DNA from: Octopus sinensis
Taxonomy: Eukaryota
Assembly: GCF_006345805.1 (NCBI RefSeq)
Contig: NC_043007.1
Location: forward strand, 9,052,001-9,116,000
Direction of reading: 5' to 3'
DNA length: 64,000 nucleotides
Shown: positions 40,835 through 53,175 of the stretch, piece after piece
Layout: the number at the start of each line of letters is the position of its first letter
Numbering within the stretch: the first letter of the stretch is position 1
Position numbers and translations under genes: made by a program
The notes under the pieces: generated by a model
What the model was told of the DNA's origin: nothing
The model's input: the letters and a program-made list of their open reading frames with translations, nothing else
The model's database searches: none

Positions 40835-41770
40835 CAATTTTTAGCGCAGCACCAACCTTAATCTTCGTAGATATTCCATCCTCAGTTGCTCTTTCATTTC
40901 CTTCTCCGTTATCTCGCTGAACTCTAGTACACCAAGTTATTTTTGGCCTTCCGTTTCGATTTGCTTACTTAATTCTCTACTCAGTAATTCTTTCCCTGCT
41001 AGGGACTGAACTGTGCCTCTTTTTAGGTAGATTATTTCGCACTTTTTGAGTCCGTATTCTGTTCTAATATCAGCACTAAAACAGTAGTCCGTATTCCCCA
41101 AGGAACTCACTTGTGTTTTATCCTTGCCATATAGTTTCAAATCATCCACGAAGAGGATGTGGTTGACTGTGATTTCCCTTTAGTTGGTATGTCAGATTCG
41201 TTTAATAAAATCCCAAGGTTAGGGGTATCAAGCAGAGAACAAAAGGCAACTTAGATAAGCTATCACCCTGGAAAATACCTCTTCTGATAAATTACTTTTT
41301 CCGTAAGATGTCAGTTCAGTTTTCCACCCCACCATACTTCTCTTCAGCAATCTCCTTATATTCCTTGTAACTCCAAAGAAATCTAATCACAGGAAGATTC
41401 TCGAATGTGGATCCATATCATCAGCTTTGCGATAATCAATCCAAGCCATTTCCAGATTTGCCCTCCTTCGTATACCGCCTTGCATTACCACTTTCTTTGT
41501 CAATAATTGATCTTTGGTACCTCTGCATCTCCTTCTAAAGCCTTTTTATTCCTTCGGTAATATATCGATCTCATCAAGAAAAGTGTACAGTTCTTCTGCA
41601 ATTCCTGCTGGCAGTAACTTCCACATTAATGGGAGGCAAGAAATTGGCTCGTAATAGACTGAAGCATTTCCCTTTGATGCATCCTTCAGACACAACACCG
41701 TTCGTCGTTTTGTCAACCAGGCCGGGATTTCTTCTTCTCCATTGATCAATGCGTTAAATTATTATGCCAT
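40835..41770 (-). mobile_element. Degenerate RT-domain fragment of an R4/Dong-like LINE
   Basis: [59 protein letters not shown] (track ORFs 41546-41749, 40937-41149). Confidence 0.85.
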
Positions 41771-41794
41771 AAATTTATGGCCTTAATATTATTA

Positions 41795-42290
41795 TTGAGT
41801 GAGAGAGTAGTGCATACCATCAAAGTGACACTGAGGTAAAATATACGAAGCCCAGTATACCCATCATGACTACCCGTCTGGTAAGGGTACACTAGGCACA
41901 TGCATCACAACCAAATGTGCGCGACATGGTGATCTCATATCAAGATAAACAGCATATGGCCTTGCAGGTGGGGCCAAGTTAGAATTTTCTTCTGGATGAG
42001 TAACCCATCCCACTCAAAAGGTCCCTGAATATGGGTTGTTTAAGGAAGTTGAACGAAACACCCATGTTTCCAGAGGTGAATTATTCAAACCCCAAAGAAT
42101 CCCTCTCAACACATGGCTATGATGTTCCCCTACCACTTCTGCTCGTGACAGAGATGTACATATCGTCAGCTACTAAGGGATATGGTAAACTGGTTAAGGT
42201 CAAACAACTGACAAGCAAATCTGTGGTATTGAGCAGAATATTTGCTGTAGCCTATTTTTTATACAAAGACAAAACAATGTACACTCAGTT
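41795..42290 (+). repeat. Dispersed repeat of unknown class
   Basis: Segments recur at 11520-11650 (- strand) and 40595-40710 (+ strand). Confidence 0.7.
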
Positions 42291-42340
42291 AAGATTAGAA
42301 GCCACGAGAGCCATTGCCTGGTACTGCACCAGGGCATTTA

Positions 42341-42384
<44 letters not shown>

Positions 42385-44145
42385 GCTGCTGCTGCGGTGA
42401 AAGTTGTCAGTACACCGAAAAATTAGATACTTAGCATCATTTCTTCCGGTTTTTAAATGTTCTGAGCTAAAAGTCCGACGATGCCAACTTTACGTCTCAT
42501 TCTTTAGGGGTCGATAAATTGAAATAGCCGTGAAGTTTTGGACTCGATAATCAACTTGCTTGCCGGCCTCAAATGGCTCTCCATGAAGTTGTCCAAAACT
42601 TCATTTACATTGGAAAACACTTCATTAGAAACTACTCCGATCCTTATTAGATACCACATCACCCAGACTAAGTTATTAATGCAATTTTGAATAGTATGAT
42701 CCAGCTAATTATTTAACCTCTTAAACTAAAACGAGTACTGGGTTTGTTCTTTCGTTGCTTTAGGGATAATTTCTGTCAGGTATTCGTTGATTTTTTGGGG
42801 AATTAATTTTAAAAAAATAACAAATAAATAAGGCATAATAATATACAGTAATATCTTTGTATTTGAAATAAACATTTCTAGCAATGCCTTCAGATGTTTC
42901 TTCGAACCTCGCCACGTATTGTTGTAAACTGCGTTATACGGAATACTGGTATAACAAAGAGCTATGAATTGAAATAATGAAGTGAATTATAGTAATGAAA
43001 ATAGCACAAGAGACTAAAAAAATAATTCTAAGAATTGGAACAATAAAATGGCGACACAGGTTTAATCTTGTATTTGTGAATTGAATAATCGACACAGTTT
43101 CTGTTTATTTTTTATGTTAAAATACACACAAACACAAAGACAAATAGGTTTTGAAAATCAAATACATCTTAACAGTCTTTACAATCTTTGAGTGTTTTCT
43201 ACAGAAATTGCAACCTTATATTAATTTCATTTGTATAAAATGTGAAATGGACATTAAAATTTTGGTCAATCAAATAAATTTGAAGAACTCCAGTATTTTT
43301 CCTCATTCTCGCCACTTATACTTTTATTGTTCGTATAAAACATCGAAATGTCTTGTGTATTAATCGCTCGGAATATGTCTTTATTATAATTTCTATTTAA
43401 TAAAAGACCAAGAAAAAGAAATCAAGGAATAAACAGAAACGAGCACAAAAATTTTGCCTTGTTTTTATATAAATATCAGGTTCTCGGTTTATTAGAAAAG
43501 AAGAAAACAATTCCTTTCGTTTAGAGAGCAATGATTTGGTTATTTTCCACGTAAATGATAATCAACATTATCTGTTAATATACTGGCTTGTTTTCATTAG
43601 AATATTTTCTTAAACAAATCCGTTACTTGAGCCTCAATGAAAGTAAAAATAAAATCTCATACACAATAACTTCATAATAGCTCATAACATTAGGTTACAT
43701 TACAAGGGAGACATGAAACATTCCTGCAGCAATGAAACTTAAGTGAAATTTATTTTAGATTATAATATGAAGAAAGGAAGAAAAAAAAGAAAAGAAAAGC
43801 AAACAGAATGTAAGACGAAATTCTTAAATATCAGAAACGCATTATAGAAAGAGTTATCGTATATTCTAGATTAAAATAAAATAAAATATAATAAAATACA
43901 TTTTCTTGAAACTGAAATTTAATACCTTCTTTCGTATTCCCAGTACCCAGCATTACTTAATGCATTAAAAATATTTCCATCAAAAATATGTTCAACATAA
44001 ACACACACGCATATAAATGTATATCCACTGGAATGCAGATACAGTCGAAGAAGTATATTGTATTATTTCATGTGTGTGTGTGTGTTTTTTTTTCAACTCT
44101 GAAGTTTCTACGAGATGCAGAAAATTTAGCAGACAGAAATACTCG

Positions 44146-44457
44146 ACGAGCTGGCAGAGACGTTAGCACGCCGGGCGAAATGCGTAGCCATATTTCGTCT
44201 GCCGCTACGTTCTGAGTTCAAATTCCGCCGAGGTCGACTTTACCTTTCATCCTTTCGGAGTCGATAAATTAAGTACCAGTTACGCACTGGGGTCGATATA
44301 ATCGACTTAATCCATTTGTCTGTCCTTGTTTGTCCTCTCTGTGTTTACCCCTTGTGGGTAGTAAAGAAATAGGTATTTCATCTGCCGTTATGTTCTGAAT
44401 TCAAATTCCGCCGACGTCGACTTTGCCTTTCATCCTTTCGGGGTCGATTAAATAAGA
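44146..44457 (+). mobile_element. SINE family A, one full and one partial unit
   Basis: Same head and body. Further degenerate copies lie near 5335, 7150, 8500, 12645, 34300 and 42390. Confidence 0.85.
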
Positions 44458-45619
44458 AAACCCTACAACCTCATTATGAAGTGAACTAAAATGCAGTGTT
44501 GTAAAAGTACAACTGGTACAGTACTAAATAAAACGTTTAGAAATTGTCGACTTACTGACACAAATACTGAGCAAAAGAGAAGAGACATTCCTTCGTTTGA
44601 ATAGAAGGAAGTCAACTTGTAATCATTTAAGTACATCTTTTCTGTTGAGAAATTCTGCTCGTAAAACAACCGGGCAGAAGTATCTAATATGTATATCACA
44701 TTGGTGACTTAATGGTGCCTGTCAATCGTCCTTTAAAATGAAGAAATATTTTTAAAAATCAAAACAAAAACAGAAATACTGAACAATTTAGAAATTACAT
44801 TTAATTATATTATCTTAATACTAAAACATAAATAAGAGAAAATGATGCATTCTGGAGATATGCTGCTCACAGTATTGTCCAAAGTTTTAAGTTACTTTGT
44901 TATGACGTCATTTATATACACCATATTGTGAACAGGAAAATGTAAACGGAAAATAATCCCGTTATCTCATTATATCTCCACAAACTATCGATATTCAGAA
45001 TTATATACTGTTTCTGGTTTATAGCCAACACAGAAATAAGCTGTTCACCGACCACTTAATAGGTAAGGATTCGATTTTACGATACACAATATACTTCGAC
45101 GTAGATTTGTCGTGAGTGGATTTTACTGACTGGAATGAGGTGATGAGTGGTTGAATTTAGGAATGAAAATTTGTTTCTTGGGCTGTGTGAAAAAGTAAAT
45201 GACAACACCCATAAAGAATTAACAGAATATTACATTACTGCACAAAGAGTTAAACTGTGTTGGTCTTTTACAAATAGCATAGGTCTGCGAAACGGAATAT
45301 TTTGAAAGTTGCTTTGATAATTGTATGACACTTTATTGATATTTTTGTGGTGCTAATTGAAAATATCAAAACAGCTGTTACACAATTCCGAAGGCTTTCG
45401 CACAGTTTAATGATGAATTTTATCATTCTTTGTAGGTAAATCCACATGTGGTTGGACAAAGTGAATATAATAAAAATAAATTTAGCAAAATATTTAGCTA
45501 AATAAAATGACACGAATGCATTTGAAAGTTAAGACAGCAAACTTTTATGACGATTCCGTTCATTTTTTAGGTTCAGCACCTCAAAGACTCTTCTTCCGCA
45601 CTTGGAAAATACTCTTGGA

Positions 45620-46300
45620 ATTCTTTCATGTGTGATAACATTCATGAAGCACTATCTAGAAGTAGTCGATCATAATATTGCCATTCCATCCTTTCTGATA
45701 TCGTATTACATCTCCTTTATGCATTAACAAAACATTTTCGTCTGCTCCTCACTCACATGGTTCACATTTCCCGGACAGAAATGGGCTTCTAGGAAATGAA
45801 GCTTAATGCTTATTTTACATCCTAAGGACTCAAATTTTCCAGCGTTCTTCCAACTATGTTTTGTAGCTTGAATATTTGTGATTACCCAAGGTGTTCTTCA
45901 TCACATCTTTAAAACTAATCCATACACCGTTTCAGAATCATTAAGAGAGTTTTCAAAATTTTCATCCTTGAAGAATCTCCTTATAGCTAGTCCTACAAAT
46001 ACAGCTTCTTCGGCTTTGGCTTTTGATAGAGCAGAAAACTTGCTCCGTTAATACTTAAAGCTCTCTCCATCCTGTAGCAAAGGTTTTACGAGTTGCTTCA
46101 TGAGGCCACGCTTTATATGTTGAGGAGCCAAATGAACCCTTTTCGGATCACCTAAACTGTATGAATTAATTTTTAAAAACGTAACGCACCATCTAAATTG
46201 ACGTAATGAGCGTAGTGCCCTAACCACAATCTCTGGCGCCTTCACTCCTTATTCAGATAAGATATAGGCTTACCACTTCGTTACATTATGAAAAGACGAA
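45620..46300 (-). pseudogene. DDE transposase relic, probably CMC/Chapaev-3 type
   Basis: LGDPKRVHLAPQHIKRGLMKQLVKPL..SFKY..KFSALSKAKAEEAVFVG.AIR..GCKISIKLHFL..VSEEQ resembles the PLHIKLGLMKQFVKAL/SEEQGERFHQ family; superfamily assignment is from memory. Confidence 0.7.
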
Positions 46301-47027
46301 CCGAGCAAAACTGCTGTTTGTCGTCTCCAGTTAAAGAATAAAACGTTTTAGTATTAGCATACATTAGAAACTAACGACAACCAATATATTATTTTGAGGT
46401 ATTATCTAACTTTGGCTATTTGTTTATATTACTTTAGTTTCTATCTCATTTTGTGGAAACTGGATTTATCGGTTACCTGTTAATCGAATGTTCAATAAAT
46501 GCTTCATTGAAATTATGATGACAAGAGTGTCAAGGGAATAGAACAAAATCCAGAAAATACTTGTAATTAAGGGTACAGTTTTATTGGTTTTTCTCGCCGT
46601 CCTTTATATTATCTGCCGATGTACATCGCCAGGAGATATACTGGGATCTTTCACACAATTAACACAACCATATTTTACTTAAATGACGTTGTGGAATATA
46701 ATAGTATAGGAGACAACGCTTCAAGATCAAATCTAGAATCACGCAATTGCAAAAGAATTTCTCAGGTACTTAACTTGCGACTGCATAGTAGTTAAGAAGC
46801 TACGAAGTAAGGTTATATATTTGAGTTGAAAAGAGGCTTGGAGTGAGCTAAGCAACGAAATGAATGTAGTTAACTTTGGTATACTGTAGTAGCTGTATAT
46901 ATTTCTCTTTCTTGCTGATGCATAACAGATACATAGAGCCATGGATGGTTCTTGGAGAATATCAGTTATCCTATGAGAAACATTTACTCAATCCAATTTT
47001 CATATTTGAAGAAAAAGACTTCTTCTA

Positions 47028-47346
47028 CTATATAGCCTCGGGCCGACCAAACCTTGTGAGTGGATTTGGTAGACGGAAACTGAAAGAAGCCTGTCGTATA
47101 TATGTATACGTATATATATATGTGTGTCTGTGTGTGTGTTTGTATGTCTGTGTTTGTCCCCCACGACATCGCGTAGCAACCGATGCTGGTGTGTTTACGT
47201 CCCTGTAACAGCGGTTGAGGAAAAGTGACCGTTAGAATAAGTACTAGGCTTACAAAGAATCAGTCCTGGGGTCTATTTGCTCAACTAACGGCGGTGCTTC
47301 AGTATGACCGAACTCAAATAACTGAAACAAGTAAAAGAGTAAAAGA
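47028..47346 (+). mobile_element. SINE family B, 5'-truncated
   Basis: ctactatatagcctcgggccgacc..actgaaacaagtaaaagagtaaaaga. Confidence 0.85.
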
Positions 47347-48313
47347 ACTCTAAAATGACTGTGGTAACACAGAACCGTTTATACCAGTACCATCATGGGG
47401 GTATATGTATTTCAGTCTTATGTCATAGGCATTTACGAAGATTCGGCCGTGTTTGATGCCGTATATCGTTCGAGACATGTCGTGGCTGCCACGTTCCAAA
47501 CCTGCTATTATTCAGCATTAAAGCAGTAACTAACACGCCAAGTCTTGAATGACAACATTCAACCATTCTAATAATAATCAAATTCTTTCAAATAACAGCT
47601 TAGAAATAACATGCACACACACACACAAATACACATGCATACGCACCGGCACACAAAAAAACACACGCACATATACACACAAAGAAGGAAATAAAAAAGA
47701 AACACAATGAAAACGTAATAATCGATACAGAGAAATAGGTGACGGTCAAAACTAGAACACCAATGATCATTTGTATGCTCAATCGAAGCTGCCTTTGGGA
47801 TAAACAACAGCAATAACAAGAACAAAAAGCGTAATAACAGTAGCAACATCAATTACGAATGACGGCCATTTTGTTTTCAGTCTAGTCTATTGCGAACAAA
47901 TATCAGGAAGCAGCTGTGATAGGCATGCCTTTGAGAAAGGTGTTATCATATTACGTGAAATTATAATGAATGCCCTTCGTACAGGAAACAATAATATATC
48001 GGTGATATCTAAGGATTTCAATCTACTCACGTTTTCGCTCTGTAGCAATGTCAGTTATGTGAGAAATTAATAATATGCTACAGTATATAATTACATAAGA
48101 AAGAAAGATATTACAGTCTGGGTGAAAAATACAAATAGAGGGTAAAAATATATAAAGAGCAAAAAATAATAAAGCTTCCAGCGTTAATAAAAGCATGCAT
48201 ATTAATGTAAAGCAAACCAATGTATAGTTTCGTATTTCTCATTTAAAAGGGTTTATGAATGTGTGCATGTCGCTATATGTATACGTATATATGTATATGT
48301 ATATGTATATGTG

Positions 48314-48363
<50 letters not shown>

Positions 48364-48452
48364 TACACGTATTTACATGCATATAGACATGCGTATACAT
48401 ATATACACATATATGTGAATATATATATGCTTGTTTATCCATTTATCCATAT

Positions 48453-48506
<54 letters not shown>

Positions 48507-49368
48507 TTGATAAAGTGAAAGATGTACATTTATATATGTATATGGACATGAATATCTATACATATGTATACATACTTATATGTATATATATATATTTATA
48601 TACATATATATATATATCTGTGTGTGTGCGCGCGTGTGTATACATGCAACGAGGGGGAGAGAGAGTAAGTAAGAGTGAAAAAGGGAGAGAGAGAGAGAGA
48701 GAGAGAAATAAACAGAGAGAAAGGCAATTATATACATACACAAACAGACACGCAGCATATAGTAATTGTTTGAATATTTTCGCAAATATTTCGAAACATT
48801 TTGTGCAAAGCGATTAACAGAGAACTAAATAGAAATGGAGAAATCAGATATACCTCAATAATATAGCGGTATACAGCTAGTATTCCGTCGATTTCAACGA
48901 CGAGGGTTCCAGTTGATCCGATCAACGGAACAGCCCGCTCGTGAAATTAACGAGCAATTGGCTGAGCACTCCACAGACACGTGTACCCTTGGGGAGATTC
49001 AACGTGACAAGGGTGATTCTTTGAAGTACAAGGACTACTCGTTCTTGTCTGCTGAGTGGACTGGAGCAACGTGAAATACAGTGTCTGGCTCAAGGATACA
49101 GCGCAACATCAGAAAGTGAACTCATGACCGTACGATTTTTAGCCGAATACCTGACCATTCGGCCAGTTGTCTTCGCTAAAAAGAAGGGGTCATTGGAAAA
49201 CAGAATTAAAGTCCAAGAAATACATAATATTTTTCACATTATCTCGAAATATATCTTGTTTTCCAGCATTCAGCTTATCATAGAAATACATTGACAGGTC
49301 AAGCGTTTATTACATCATCTAAAACGTTCCTTAGGAGGATTTCGTCGCTTGTAAAGATCTTGATTTGT

Positions 49369-49605
49369 GGAGGTGCAATGGCCCAGTGGTTAGGGTAGCG
49401 GACTCGCGGTCGGAAGATCGCGCTTTCGATTCCCAGACCGGTCGTTTTGTGTGTTTATTGATCGAAAATTTCTCTCTCTCTTTCTTCCTGTATCTTGAGT
49501 AACGCTGCGATGGACTGGCATCCCTTCCAGCTGAGAGGAACACATACGCCACAGAAACCAGGAACCGGGTCCATGAGCCTGGTTAGGCTTGAAAAGGGCG
49601 ACGAA
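49369..49605 (+). mobile_element. SINE with a family C head and the alternative body
   Basis: ggaggtgcaatggcccagtggttagggtagcggactcgcggtc head, then gcgatggactggcatccc body. Confidence 0.7.
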
Positions 49606-50437
49606 AAAGACCTTGGTTTACAGACAATTGCTGTGAGAACTAGTCAAAGCAACAGCATAAACATGTAAAACATTTGCTTGGTCTGAAACAATTTTTACAT
49701 CAGTGCTCCGTTCACTGAAAGCTACAATAAATATTGAAGTAAAATTACAAAATACTGAAAATGGGGATATTACAATGCGAAAAGGAGAGTTTGGTGACGT
49801 TTATATAACAGAAGCATAAATGCTTATCATCAGAAATGAATAGAATAAGGAAGTGTTTGTCTATGAAGACTCGGCCTTGTTGAGTGTTGTACAGGTTGGG
49901 CTATTTTACACTTGTGTCAGAATGTTTAAGTAAACTACACGCGTTTCTTTCATTAAAATTTAAAATTAGAATCATCTTAGAAAAATATGTTATTGTGTTA
50001 TCAATTAGAAGAATAATTATCTCAACATATTATGGAGATTAACTATTCTTTATCTTTTACTTATTATAGTCAATAGATATCGATTTTTCTCGGGCACTGC
50101 CCTATACAATTTCAGTCAAAGGGAACGGCCCCAGTAATTTTTAAAAGCTCGGTACTTACGCGAGCGATATATTTCACTGAACCACTAATTTGAAAACTTA
50201 CAGGGATATAATCACACCAACACCGGTTATTAAAAAGATTTTGAAGCTGTATAATCCTGTTTCCCTCGCTATGATGTCATGATTATATACTCTGTATAAT
50301 GTATGAAATCCAATGAAGCCCCCCACCCCTCAGGATTTATCTTTTGTGTGAAGTGTTGCTTAATTGTTTATCTTAAACAATTCTGCGTGTACATTATTTA
50401 CATTTGACGGATATTTGTCCTCATTTTTTTTGTTGAT

Positions 50438-50483
50438 AACACAACGTTTCGGCTGATATACCTTGCAGCCTTCCTCGGGTGTC
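50438..50483 (-). ncRNA. Minimal hammerhead motif (U4C variant, loop-less ACGT stem III)
   Basis: GACAC-CCGAGGA-A-GGCTG(caaggtatat)CAGCC-GAA-ACGT-T-GTGTT. Confidence 0.6.
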
Positions 50484-50529
50484 TTGGGGAAATTTCGAAC
50501 CTGGGTTCTCATTCCTAAGGTATTTTTTC

Positions 50530-50682
50530 GATCTTATAATCATCATCATCATCATCATCATTATTACTATTATTGTTGTTGTTGTTGATATTTTTCTTCT
50601 TCTTCTTCTTCTTCTTCTTCTTCTTCTTCTTCTTCTTCTTCTTCTTCTTCTTCTTCTTCTTCTTCTTCTTCTTCTTCTTCTT

Positions 50683-50713
<31 letters not shown>

Positions 50714-50722
50714 TTATTATTA

Positions 50723-50756
<34 letters not shown>
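50530..50756 (+). repeat. Compound trinucleotide array CAT-TAT-TGT-(TTC)39-TTA
   Basis: Pure TTC run 50594-50710. Confidence 0.95.
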
Positions 50757-50760
<4 letters not shown>

Positions 50761-51049
50761 TCACTCCCTGGAATCGAACTCGAAATGTTGGGGTTCAACA
50801 TATTTCCAAACATTCGATGTCGTTAACCAGATTGCGATTATACCAGAGTGCTAAAAAGGTACTTGCTCAGATTTCAGATCCCTATTGCTCTACGATAGAC
50901 ATACATACATACATACATACATACATACATACACACTCACACATATATGTTTGTGTGTGTATGTATGCATCTATATATATATATATGTATGTATGTATAT
51001 ATATATATATATATATATATACTTTATTTAAAGCAGCAGAAAATTCAAC

Positions 51050-51097
51050 AAAACCTGTTACTCAGAGTTTCACGTTGCCGTTCATCGGACAGTTTTT
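51050..51097 (-). ncRNA. Mirror copy of the hammerhead motif in the left arm
   Basis: Reverse complement reads CTGT-CCGATGA-ACGGCAACGT-GAA-ACTCTGAGT-A-ACAG. Confidence 0.7.
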
Positions 51098-51124
51098 GCT
51101 AGATGCTAGATTCTAGATTCTAGC

Positions 51125-51172
51125 AAAAACTGTCCGATGAACGGCAACGTGAAACTCAGAGTAACAGGTTTT
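51125..51172 (+). ncRNA. Hammerhead motif (U4C core variant) in the right arm of an inverted repeat
   Basis: CTGT-CCGATGA-ACG GCAA CGT-GAA-ACTC A GAGT-A-ACAG; all three stems pair; GUA site. Confidence 0.7.
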
Positions 51173-51271
51173 GTTGAATTGTCTGCTGCTTTAAATAAAC
51201 CATATTACTCTACCGCTGGTATTTGAGTACTCTTTTTTCCACCTTGTTTCACATTTATGTGGTTACTCCGG

Positions 51272-51314
<43 letters not shown>

Positions 51315-51475
51315 GTATTTATGTATGTATGTACGTATTATGTCCAAAGGAATGGGGATTTTGAATCGGAGCAAGTACCTTATTAGCACTCTGGTAATGT
51401 GATGAATATTTCAGAAATAGATGTTAAACTTGTTATTTATTCAACTGATGATCCCAGAATATGTTTGTCATTCAG

Positions 51476-51533
51476 AGGGTGAAATCGATCGATATTGAAA
51501 ATATACCTTCCTTACTTATTTATTCCATGCAAG
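51476..51533 (+). CDS. Candidate 58-nt exon (first of a duplicated pair)
   Basis: tttgtcattcag| RVKSIDIENIPSLLIYSMQ+G |gtaagc; only this frame is open. Confidence 0.4.
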
Positions 51534-52367
51534 GTAAGCCTGTTTCTTCTCTGATCATTGCATTGCCCGTTTGTATTTTAGTATTCAGTTAGTGATGGTC
51601 TTAGAGTGATGGCTCCGATTATAGCAAGTGGTAAATAAATACCTTACTGAATCTAAATTTATCTTATATTTTGCCTGTAAAATTGTAAACTTCGTAGCCA
51701 CCTTATTATTACAATTAATAATAGTAATAATACGTCATTATTTAAAATATACTGGCTCACGATAGTTCTGCTTTAAATGACGCGGGGTCGTTTAATGTAA
51801 AGAACACACACCAGGTAATATTACGAATGTTTCAGAAATAGATGTTAAAACAGAGTACGTTTGTCATTCAGAGGGTGAAATCAATGGATATTGAAATATC
51901 CATTCCTTACATATGTATTCCATGAAAGGTAACCCTGATTAAATTTGGTGTCACATTATTATCTAAAATTTACTGAATTAGGTAGAACTATGTAAGCAAG
52001 TATGTCTGATGAGGTGTTTCACTTTTAGTAGATAGGCACAGGATAGGTTAAAAAGTTTTGTTATTTTTATTTTTTGTGGATTTCTTTAATTTCTTTGACA
52101 ATGTAAACGTCAAAGTTACAAGGTCCAGTATGTAAAATCTTAATAAATGAATGAGTCGACATTTTGGTAATGGAAATTTTAGGCTTTTACAAAAGCATGT
52201 AAGTAGGTAAGTAGGTGTTGTTTTTGTTATTTTCGTTACTTCTTATTTTTCACCATTTTGTCACCCTCTATCGTATTTAATGAAAATTATAGTTTTCCTT
52301 TTTGGTGATACATTGCGAAATCGCTGCCTAATCTCATTATATATATATACATACATACATACATACA

Positions 52368-52447
<80 letters not shown>

Positions 52448-52702
52448 CATCAGGGAATATTATTCCAAACTTACAGGGAAAAATTCAATTTAGAAATACT
52501 AAATCGAATTTCACAAAATATAATATATAGAAAAAACCCACCTTCTATGAATTCAATAATGCAAAGTTAAATTATACCATCTAGAAAATTATATATAATA
52601 GAAAGATGAAATATAAGATAAAACATATAACGATGATTAAGTAAAGTGCAAAATACTAAATAAAGCGTATAAATTTGGTATATATATATATATATATATA
52701 TA

Positions 52703-52738
<36 letters not shown>

Positions 52739-53099
52739 AGTTTTTTGCGTAATGAGATAAAAAAAAACCGAGGCTGTGTAGATATTAGAAGATTTATAGA
52801 TAGAAGGTCTTACAGCTGTTTCGAGGATATTTATTAATTGTATCCCTTCGTGGAGACGGTGTGAGAGGATGATTAAGTCATAGTTAGTTTTAGATGTGAT
52901 ATAAAATAGAGAGTGAGGTGGAGGAAAGAAAATAGATGCAAGATATGTATGGATATTGAAGTTGTAGATCCATTTATTTAAGGCAGAATGGTATATATGT
53001 AATATTCCAATACCCTTTGAGTAATGTCCAAAAGTCCAACAGAGTTTAGAATGGGTCCTTCCAATATAGAGTTTATACGCAATGTATATATAAATGTAT

Positions 53100-53175
<76 letters not shown>

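Larger units (their letters stand above)
50388..50830 (-). mobile_element. Composite short element: tRNA-like B-box head, microsatellite, hammerhead-bearing tail
   Basis: gagttcgattccagggagtgacctgaa (B box 50770-50781), then (TAA)n(GAA)39.., then aaaataccttaggaatgagaacccaggttcgaaatttccccaagacacc and the hammerhead. Confidence 0.6.
51023..51199. repeat. Near-perfect inverted repeat, 81-bp arms, 15-nt spacer
   Basis: 51023-51103 versus 51119-51199; mismatches only at 51041/51181 and 51064/51158. Confidence 0.95.

Noticed and set aside
43040-43065. YY1-like aaaATGGCG with MATQ|gt as a start exon
   Set aside because: Similar motifs occur at several sites (e.g. 36067, 47862); weak donor and no promoter context.
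47700-47800. Hydrophobic minus frame QLRLSIQMIIGVLVLTVTYFSVSII (TM-like)
   Set aside because: T-rich sequence yields hydrophobic frames by composition; no good donor.
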